Origin: a virus
Lineage: Duplodnaviria; Caudoviricetes
IMG/VR virus record: IMGVR_UViG_3300030118_000876
Span: 1 to 53,165 of that record
DNA length: 53,165 nt
Reading direction: 5' to 3' (one strand)
Shown: positions 46,651 through 53,165 of the stretch, piece after piece
Position numbering within the stretch: position 1 is the first letter of the stretch
Layout of the letters: each line of letters opens with the position of its first letter
Translations under genes and position numbers: made by a program
Notes under the pieces: generated by a model
What the model saw: only the letters and a program-made list of their open reading frames with translations
Databases searched by the model: none
Told to the model about the DNA's origin: nothing

Positions 46651-48692
46651 CCTGCACCCCCAGTGTCACGGTTACTAACTGTGTTTGCATCTTGTCCACC
46701 TTTGGGAGAGCCATCAGGTTGAGTAGGTGTACCACCGCCTGCTGCTTCTGCTTTCGCAGCCTCAGCCTGCATTTGGGCAGCTACCCTATTGATGTACTTT
46801 TCTTTTTCCCGAGATGGAATGATGTCATCCACAGGCATTTGCAACCCTTTAGCCACTTCGCGAAGAATCGCTGCACGGCCTTCCTTGCCAACAATTTCCA
46901 TGTCGATCTGGTTGGCGGTTGCGTTAAGAAACTCAATACGACGAATATTAACAGTCTCTTTGACTGCGAGATTAACTGCACCTTTTGGCATAATCTCTAC
47001 ATCGCCTTTAATAGATTCATCTTCATCATAACGCATGTTGTACACAAATTGTCTATGTACGATTGGTTTGATGATTTCATTGTCAATGTGCATAACCACT
47101 TGCCTGATACCTTTACCGGCAGAACCCATCAACATTGAAAGTCCAGACGCTGTACGACCAGCGCCTTGCACATTCAAATCACCATACACATAGGATGGGA
47201 TACCTGAATGGTCATCGGCTAGCTTACTAAACTTATCATATACAGCCATCAACGTATTAGCGTTGTCATCAGGCTGTGTAAACCTAACAGCAGGTGCACT
47301 CGAACCTAGCGGGTCGTTCGTGACTTGCCAGATTTTCCACGGGTGGAGTTGCGTGATGTCCTCGTTCGGAGGTATTCTTTCAAGGTTGACCTCGACTTGA
47401 GGGCCGCTAGAAATTCCCATGTTATTGATAAGCGCACGAGCAGAAGCGTTACAAACGTTCTGTATGTCTTCAATAATTTCTGGTATACCTTTTCCCCAAA
47501 ACGCACCGGGGCACTTGATAAAAGACGTTTTAGCATATGGCTTTTCTCCTAACGGATCATAGTTAAGAACAGCCTTAATGACGTAATTACCTACAATCCA
47601 AACATTAGCATCATATTCTCTCGCTTCATCAGGTACTTCTTCCTCAGTAAGACCCCACTCAATAAGCATCTTACCGCTGACCTTTCCCCAAAATTCCAAA
47701 GCATCAAACACTTCAGTAGGTCGATCAAACGAGTGAAACTTTCTTTCCTCCTCATCTTTAGCTAGCTCAACGTCTTCGTTAATCCATGATTGGCCATTAC
47801 CAATTTCTAAAACTTTTCTGATAGCATCCTCATCATAACCGGGAACTCCAATCATATCTGATAACTCAGTACGAGAAAGAGGGTGATGTTCAAAAATATA
47901 CCCATCACTAATATCTGTAATGGAAGGCTCAGGATAAATTCTAAACGGATCTACACGCTCAAACTCAGGAGCAATACGCTCATCAGCTTCAACAGTAGTT
48001 CTACCATTCTCACCTATTGTATATGCTAACTTACGCTGCCTACGAACAACCGGGCCTTTAATAAATGCGCATGGGTATGTAACAAGGTCAGTAACAAAAT
48101 CATTAAATGATTCACCCCAACCACCTTGTGCAAACTGATCTTTAATTTTAATTGTCATTCTTTTTGCACGATTGTCTGCTTCTTGAAGCATTTTAAATCT
48201 GTAATCCTGAGCAATCATCTCCTTCATCTCAGCGATTTCATCTGGCTTAGGAGCTTGCCCACCGGCTTCGATTGTACGAATAACTTGTGCTGTGAATAAC
48301 TGCTGAATTTCTGCAGTATGTTGTGGGGATAAATCAGGAATAGGTGTGGGTTGTAAATCCCACGGAGGTGTACCTTGATCAAGAAGAATATCACGCAGCC
48401 AGCTTTCTGCTGCACGACATTTAACTTCTGTAATCATCATATAAATATCAGACCCACCCTGTTGATGAATCTGTTGAAGTTTATCTGCTTCATACTCACC
48501 ATTACGTTGTCGCAACGCTCGAAGCATAATATTCTCAATAGGTTTCTTTGCTCGTCTAGCTGCGTCCCAACAATGCCTAAGATGTGAAGTAAGACCAAGA
48601 ATAACACCATCATTCTGGCGCTCAGCTAAAGCTTTATCCCTCATCTCTTTCTCTCGTTTAACAAGAGTAGCGTTGTCAACAACTTGAAGCAT
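46647..48692 (-). CDS. Portal protein
   Basis: 681 aa downstream of terminase; VDPFRIYP, FWGKGIP, SGPQ, RTASGLSML. Confidence 0.9.
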   Translation of the reverse strand: MLQVVDNATLVKREKEMRDKALAERQNDGVILGLTSHLRHCWDAARRAKKPIENIMLRALRQRNGEYEADKLQQIHQQGGSDIYMMITEVKCRAAESWLRDILLDQGTPPWDLQPTPIPDLSPQHTAEIQQLFTAQVIRTIEAGGQAPKPDEIAEMKEMIAQDYRFKMLQEADNRAKRMTIKIKDQFAQGGWGESFNDFVTDLVTYPCAFIKGPVVRRQRKLAYTIGENGRTTVEADERIAPEFERVDPFRIYPEPSITDISDGYIFEHHPLSRTELSDMIGVPGYDEDAIRKVLEIGNGQSWINEDVELAKDEEERKFHSFDRPTEVFDALEFWGKVSGKMLIEWGLTEEEVPDEAREYDANVWIVGNYVIKAVLNYDPLGEKPYAKTSFIKCPGAFWGKGIPEIIEDIQNVCNASARALINNMGISSGPQVEVNLERIPPNEDITQLHPWKIWQVTNDPLGSSAPAVRFTQPDDNANTLMAVYDKFSKLADDHSGIPSYVYGDLNVQGAGRTASGLSMLMGSAGKGIRQVVMHIDNEIIKPIVHRQFVYNMRYDEDESIKGDVEIMPKGAVNLAVKETVNIRRIEFLNATANQIDMEIVGKEGRAAILREVAKGLQMPVDDIIPSREKEKYINRVAAQMQAEAAKAEAAGGGTPTQPDGSPKGGQDANTVSNRDTGGAG

Positions 48693-49321
48693 TATGATAT
48701 AAATCCTCTTCCTTTTTTATTTTTCAGAGCATCTTTAAGTGTGTTAACTGGTTTAGAAGCCTGCACAAAATTAGCAGCTTGAGATCTAACCGCAGTTTTT
48801 AATTTATCTGCTTTTTGTGCTAACACAGCTGCTGCACCACCTGAAGGTGTATCAGCTACAGGAGCTTTAAACTCTCCTGATTGCATAATCTTACCTGCAC
48901 GTTTAAACTCAGTTCTTGCCTGTTGAATAGGTTCAATATCAAATTTTGCTTTTGATACTTTATCGTCGGGGGCTTTTGCTCCGGCTTTAATGTATTCGTT
49001 CACCTGCCTACGAGTGTAAGCGTCCATTTGTTTTTGTCGTAGTTTAGTAGCTTCGTCCTTAAACTCTGTACCATAGTATTCAAACTTACCCGGCTTCTTT
49101 ATCTGTTTGACATCTTTAATTTTAAACGGATCATCAATACTTGTCTTTGGTGCTTTAGCAAAGTCAGGAAGGGTTGTATCATAATAGCTGTACACAAGTC
49201 CTTTTCCATCAACTCGAGTATCAATAACCTTACCACCGGTTTGATATTTCTGAACTTGTGGTTTTATTCCAGATGTATCCATCTTAGGATTATCTGAGAA
49301 GATAGTGTATTTTTTGGTCAT
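48692..49321 (-). CDS. Basic hypothetical protein with N-terminus shared with 49318-49614
   Basis: YTIFSDNPKMDTSG, YQTGGKV. Confidence 0.75.
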   Translation of the reverse strand: MTKKYTIFSDNPKMDTSGIKPQVQKYQTGGKVIDTRVDGKGLVYSYYDTTLPDFAKAPKTSIDDPFKIKDVKQIKKPGKFEYYGTEFKDEATKLRQKQMDAYTRRQVNEYIKAGAKAPDDKVSKAKFDIEPIQQARTEFKRAGKIMQSGEFKAPVADTPSGGAAAVLAQKADKLKTAVRSQAANFVQASKPVNTLKDALKNKKGRGFIS

Positions 49322-49614
49322 GATGTAAACTCTTCCTCATCCATTTCTAGCATAGTGTCGGGATCGTTTTTATCCGAATAAACGTACCCACCTCGTTTAT
49401 ATTTCTTTGCCAAATCTTTATTAATTTTCTTTTGCACGTCTTCGGGTAGAGACGCGAAACCTTTGTATTTCTTTGGCACATCAATCTCACCACCAGTTTC
49501 ATATGACTTAACTTCTACAACCATAACCTTTGATGAGTTCATACCAGACGTATCCATCTTCGGATTATCTGAGAAGATAGTGTAAGGTTTATGACCGCAT
49601 TTACCTTTGTACAT
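49318..49614 (-). CDS. Hypothetical protein
   Basis: SD GGAGG; YTIFSDNPKMDTSG, YETGGEI, YKRGGYV. Confidence 0.75.
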   Translation of the reverse strand: MYKGKCGHKPYTIFSDNPKMDTSGMNSSKVMVVEVKSYETGGEIDVPKKYKGFASLPEDVQKKINKDLAKKYKRGGYVYSDKNDPDTMLEMDEEEFTS

Positions 49615-49652
49615 AAAAATCAGCCTCCTACAAACAAGTATATATTAGTAGA

Positions 49653-49681
49653 AGTATACACACAAGTTTATATTTGTCCAA
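49653..49681 (-). promoter_or_regulatory. Sigma70-like promoter for head genes
   Basis: TTGGAC-17 nt-TATACT. Confidence 0.55.
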
Positions 49682-49682
49682 T

Positions 49683-49716
49683 AAAAATACCCCCCACCGG
49701 GGCAAGCGGCAGGGGG
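49683..49716 (-). terminator. Intrinsic terminator after terL
   Basis: CCCCCTGCCG-loop-CGGTGGGGGG followed by TATTTTT. Confidence 0.7.
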
Positions 49717-49761
49717 AACTAAGAAGGTAAAAACTTTGTCGAGATGACAATAGGGATTCTA

Positions 49762-51141
49762 TCAAGTCCAGCCGCCTGCTGCAACCCTTTTTACCTCACG
49801 CTTTTGTAAAGCATAACCCGCTTCACCAATAGCGTTAATATGCAACATAAGATATTGCAGAGCTTCAGCTACGTGGGAGTGTTTATTCTTTTCAATGCTA
49901 CCATTCTTTTTATGGAATCTGTATCCGCCCATCATGGCTGCTTTGAGTTTCGAACAACGAGGATCTAATAAAAACGCACTGTCGCCGTCTACCTGTCTCA
50001 TGAGATAGTCATCAACTGCAGACAAACGTGCTGACACGTTATTTGTTTTGGCAGGCATAACTTTCAAACCTTCAGCTTTGATAATATCTACAGCCGAACG
50101 CTCATCAGTTTGTGCTCTCTGTACACCCGCAGGGTCGGTAACTACCAACACAGGTGCACCGATGTACTGTTCATATATCATGGGTTTGAGGATGGTGCGG
50201 ACGAAACGCTGAACCCCCATGTCACTGCTCACAGCCTCATTTAGGATCAACACTCGCCCGCGAGGGTCTTGTTGCCCTATAACTGCTGCCGGTGTCAACC
50301 CCAAATCCATACCAATTACAATAGGACGTACACCGTTTATAATTGGCCGCAAAGTCTGTTCACCCATATGATAGTCAGGTCTAAAATATTTATACACAGG
50401 TTGTCCTGCAGAACTCAGACCATACTCGCCGTCTATGTACACACGTATGTATTCTTCTGACCGACCCTGTGTATCATAATAGCCCTCGGGTAGATTTTCT
50501 ATATTTTCAGCCAAGGAGCTTCTACCCGAAGGTTGTTTGAACACATCCCACCCGTTATCATTGAAACTAACACCATCAGACGGATCTAATTGTTCCATCT
50601 GATAATACCACCATGTGTCCATAGTCGGAGGGTTAGTGTCCCCCCACATCCCAAACCATGTTGGCCCGCCATCCTTCGCAGAAGGAAAACGACCAATACG
50701 TTTTGACATAGCATCAACGATGTCAGGATTAATATCTCTACACTCGTTAAACCATGCAAACGTTAATTCTAATGAGTTCAAGTTTGCAACATCGTCAGAG
50801 TCATCGAGAGCACGAAACATAATCTCACACTCTACATCTCCGACTTGAAAGAAGTATGTCTTGGTAGTACGCATATAGTTTCCACATACACCGGGCGGAA
50901 ACCAATCGTGAAAAGTTTTAATAGTTGTATCTTGTAACTGCCTTGCAGTTTCTCGGACAATTGCTACTCGCGATTTACGAATACCTTGTTTGTTAGGCTC
51001 CTGCATAGAAGCCCTACGTATAACTTCAAATGTACTTGCTACTGATTTACCAGACCCAACCGGCCCCATAAGCACACGCATCTTTGAATCTGACATCATA
51101 AAGTTCTTACAAACTTTGGATGGTGTATAATCAATTTCCAT
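49762..51141 (-). CDS. terL: Terminase large subunit
   Basis: MGPVGSGKS, SLELTFAWFNE, DTNPP, ENIENLP, GMDLG, DPAG, SHVAEALQY; start revised to 51141. Confidence 0.92.
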   Translation of the reverse strand: MEIDYTPSKVCKNFMMSDSKMRVLMGPVGSGKSVASTFEVIRRASMQEPNKQGIRKSRVAIVRETARQLQDTTIKTFHDWFPPGVCGNYMRTTKTYFFQVGDVECEIMFRALDDSDDVANLNSLELTFAWFNECRDINPDIVDAMSKRIGRFPSAKDGGPTWFGMWGDTNPPTMDTWWYYQMEQLDPSDGVSFNDNGWDVFKQPSGRSSLAENIENLPEGYYDTQGRSEEYIRVYIDGEYGLSSAGQPVYKYFRPDYHMGEQTLRPIINGVRPIVIGMDLGLTPAAVIGQQDPRGRVLILNEAVSSDMGVQRFVRTILKPMIYEQYIGAPVLVVTDPAGVQRAQTDERSAVDIIKAEGLKVMPAKTNNVSARLSAVDDYLMRQVDGDSAFLLDPRCSKLKAAMMGGYRFHKKNGSIEKNKHSHVAEALQYLMLHINAIGEAGYALQKREVKRVAAGGWT

Positions 51142-51251
51142 TAGAAAATAACTGCCCCAAGAATGAAACTTACGACACAAGCAATGATAGGTTTTTTATG
51201 ATACCTTGCTCGTCTCAACCACTCTCGAGGTGTATGACCAAATACAATCAT
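51141..51251 (-). CDS. 36-aa single-TM peptide (MIVFGHTPREWLRRARYHKKPIIACVVSFILGAVIF); not in ORF track
   Basis: SD GGAGGA; TAATG coupling to terL. Confidence 0.65.
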   Translation of the reverse strand: MIVFGHTPREWLRRARYHKKPIIACVVSFILGAVIF

Positions 51252-51259
51252 TTGTCCTC

Positions 51260-51472
51260 CTAACCCCAAGCCCCCGCTTTATTCATTAAGTCATCATACT
51301 CATCAATAAGTAAGACATAATACTTAGTAGGTTCTTGTTTATTTTTAATTATTTTAGTCTTGAACGATATACCAATATCATTCAATCCTCTAGTAAATTG
51401 TTCATACTCGGCTAGTGACTCAAAACTTACAGCACGAGTTCCCTGATAGAGTTCTACAAATCGGCTAAGCAT
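51260..51472 (-). CDS. Hypothetical protein, 70 aa
   Basis: Start revised to ATG 51472 with GAGGAG SD. Confidence 0.65.
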   Translation of the reverse strand: MLSRFVELYQGTRAVSFESLAEYEQFTRGLNDIGISFKTKIIKNKQEPTKYYVLLIDEYDDLMNKAGAWG

Positions 51473-51941
51473 TACCGATTGCTTTTGGCTCCTCAACGTC
51501 TTCAGCGTCGATGACAGTTGCTGTGTGCTCTTGACCCCCGAGGTTAATTGTAATTTTAACTCCGCCACCAGATCCCTCCGTCTGTGTATCATTCTTTGGT
51601 TCTAGTCCGCCCCACTTAACAGTTGATTTAATAAGGTCAGCCTTAACCGCAGCAGATGTGTCTGGGTTATGAATCAAAGTCCAAGATGTTGTTAATAGTT
51701 CTTCCGCTTGGGCACGGGCCTTTAACTTGAAGGTCATACCTTTTTCACGGATCTCATTTCTGTAGGATTCTACCTTCTTTAGAAAGACGGGATCTTTCTG
51801 AAATACAAGAATGTCCTCGGCAGAAATACTGTGCCGATCTTTTACTTCATCTAACGTCTCACCGCTGCCTTCTAGCATGAGTGCCATATCAAAGGCCAAA
51901 CGATCAGACCACTTCGTGTGTTTTAAAGGTAGTGTGTCCAT
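51465..51941 (-). CDS. terS: Putative terminase small subunit
   Basis: First late gene upstream of terL; helical core and C-terminal GGGVKITINLG strand. Confidence 0.6.
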   Translation of the reverse strand: MDTLPLKHTKWSDRLAFDMALMLEGSGETLDEVKDRHSISAEDILVFQKDPVFLKKVESYRNEIREKGMTFKLKARAQAEELLTTSWTLIHNPDTSAAVKADLIKSTVKWGGLEPKNDTQTEGSGGGVKITINLGGQEHTATVIDAEDVEEPKAIGNA

Positions 51942-51947
51942 ACCCCA

Positions 51948-51975
51948 ATTATGCAGTAAATTACGGGCATGTCAA
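51948..51975 (-). promoter_or_regulatory. Sigma70-like promoter, probably giving a leaderless terS mRNA
   Basis: TTGACA-16 nt-CATAAT-6 nt-ATG. Confidence 0.6.
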
Positions 51976-52143
51976 ATAATTTCAAAACTTTACACTTCGA
52001 TTTTTTGGGTCTTGCTATGAGAGGTTTACTTATATGGGGGTGGGGGTCGCGGCGCAAGTCCATGTGCCCCCCTGCCTAACGTACACAAAAGAACAAATCG
52101 TGAACGGCTAACAGCCTTTAAAACTAGGCATTATGGGGCATAC

Positions 52144-52172
52144 TTGACAATCATGTAAACTTAACCCATAGT
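52144..52172 (+). promoter_or_regulatory. Sigma70-like early promoter
   Basis: TTGACA-17 nt-CATAGT. Confidence 0.7.
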
Positions 52173-52177
52173 GAAAT

Positions 52178-52238
52178 TGTCGCTGAGGGCAGTGACACCC
52201 GAACAGCTAGCGGGATTACTAGCTACATTACTGGAGGT
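52178..52238 (+). promoter_or_regulatory. Structured leader (hairpin plus possible H-type pseudoknot) and SD
   Basis: TGTCGCTG-AGGG-CAGTGACA; CCCG-aac-AGCTAG-CGGG-atta-CTAGCT; GGAGGT. Confidence 0.55.
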
Positions 52239-52242
52239 CTAC

Positions 52243-52536
52243 ATGAGTAGAATCTTTGAAGGGAATGTTAGCATTGTGGCTAACACTAAGGGCGAGGTAG
52301 CCTTAAAGCGTGACCCTAACGGCGCTTGGAACTCCTCAAATGCTAAGGAACTCTATGGCAAATGCCTAGAGATTAGCGAGGCGAAGAAAATGCCATTACA
52401 TAAATGGTCTTTCTTCAAGGCTGACGGTGGTACTGATGTACTACTAATGGCGGACAGATACGGTAATCCTAGGATTACAATCCTACCGCCTAAAGCCGAG
52501 GGTCAAGCTAAGTCACGAGTGACTAAGTTAGCCTAA
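52243..52536 (+). CDS. Early hypothetical protein, 97 aa, paralog of 407-700
   Basis: Start revised to ATG 52243 (SD GGAGGT); same length and motifs as 407-700. Confidence 0.88.
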   Translation: MSRIFEGNVSIVANTKGEVALKRDPNGAWNSSNAKELYGKCLEISEAKKMPLHKWSFFKADGGTDVLLMADRYGNPRITILPPKAEGQAKSRVTKLA

Positions 52537-52545
52537 CGTAACCCA

Positions 52546-52567
52546 GAGGGGAGAGCAATCTCCCCTC
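52546..52567 (+). promoter_or_regulatory. GNRA hairpin without U-tract
   Basis: GAGGGGAGA-GCAA-TCTCCCCTC. Confidence 0.65.
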
Positions 52568-52587
52568 GCAACCAAACGGAGACTGAT

Positions 52588-52785
52588 ATGTCTATGAAAG
52601 ATGGTGTAAGAGAGTACCGAGTAGATTATGTAAAATGGGGTAACATATACTCAGAGTGGTACTACAGAAAGTCAGACGCAGAAAACTTATGCTTCAGACT
52701 GAAAGACGACCCCGACGTGGAACGCAAATATGAAATTGCAATAGTCCACACAACAACAAACAAGCAACTAGCTTGGAACTTCTAA
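52588..52785 (+). CDS. Hypothetical early protein
   Basis: GGAG SD; followed by a terminator. Confidence 0.7.
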   Translation: MSMKDGVREYRVDYVKWGNIYSEWYYRKSDAENLCFRLKDDPDVERKYEIAIVHTTTNKQLAWNF

Positions 52786-52793
52786 CAAGGAAC

Positions 52794-52830
52794 GAGGTGG
52801 CTCAGAGAAATCTGGGTCATCTCTTTTTTT
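52794..52830 (+). terminator. Intrinsic terminator
   Basis: 13-bp stem GAGGTGGCTCAGA-GAAA-TCTGGGTCATCTC followed by T7. Confidence 0.85.
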
Positions 52831-53066
52831 ATTTCTTTTAATAATATATATCCCATACGTCGGGGGGTTTCGGCTCGCTTGTAATCGCGATGTAAAGCCT
52901 GATGTTACACGATAAGTTTACAGGAAATGGTACATCAGGTGTAAAGTTAGGTACTATCTAGTGTATCTAGTCCATACTTGACACAATATGTAGACTTTTA
53001 GATAGCATAACCTTACAACTTGACACCAAAAAAGCGTTATAACGCAAGGGTTTACACCATATGTGC

Positions 53067-53165
53067 TCAAGTAAACTATCTAAACTATCTAAAATATATA
53101 GATAAATTCAATATACCCTTTCATGAAAGGATTTCTTGAGGAATATATGTAAAACGCGGTAGTCA
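53067..53165. repeat. Copy of 1-99 (circular overlap)
   Basis: Exact match. Confidence 0.9.

Noticed and set aside
52171-52242. 24-aa N-terminal extension of the 52243 protein given in the ORF track
   Set aside because: The GTG overlaps the -10 box; the SD and the paralog alignment support ATG 52243.
1-53066. Alternative genetic code, tRNA genes, introns or inteins
   Set aside because: Genes tile densely under the standard code, PolA, TerL and helicase are uninterrupted and of normal size, and no cloverleaf was seen in the few intergenic gaps.
53067-53165. 99-bp terminal repeat as a biological direct terminal repeat
   Set aside because: The length equals a common assembly k-mer and the repeat cuts through the hexamer array; best read as circular overlap.

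Overview
This window is an apparently complete, circularly assembled tailed-phage genome of about 53,066 unique bp. Positions 1-99 equal 53067-53165, which is most likely assembler overlap. It has two arms. The + strand early/replication arm runs 52243 through the junction to 17314. It encodes two paralogous 97-aa proteins flanking an AT-rich repeat region, an AAA+ ATPase/coiled-coil/vWA-metallopeptidase trio, an Ntn-hydrolase-like protein, a family A DNA polymerase (Leu762 type), Cas4-like and VRR-NUC nucleases, an SNF2 helicase, a T7-like SSB, an XRE regulator, a primase-DUF927 protein and a cell wall hydrolase. The - strand morphogenesis arm runs 51941 to 17301. It encodes terminases, portal, scaffold, capsid, small basic proteins, adaptors, two tail fibres with a shared N-terminus, holin and GH108 endolysin, a nozzle-like protein and ejection proteins including a 2734-aa giant. 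The layout fits a short-tailed (podo-like) phage, probably of an aquatic proteobacterium (inference). I saw no integrase, tRNA, CRISPR array or RNA polymerase. The most notable signals are: (1) a 90-aa gene with its own strong SD nested out of frame inside the giant ejection gene; (2) a duplicated promoter/structured leader/97-aa gene/hairpin cassette on either side of a TATCTA-repeat region; (3) GCWGC avoidance confined to the early arm; (4) a recurring [YM]xxGGx[VI] motif in several small late proteins. Family assignments come from motif recognition and recall, not database searches. Site counts were made by eye.
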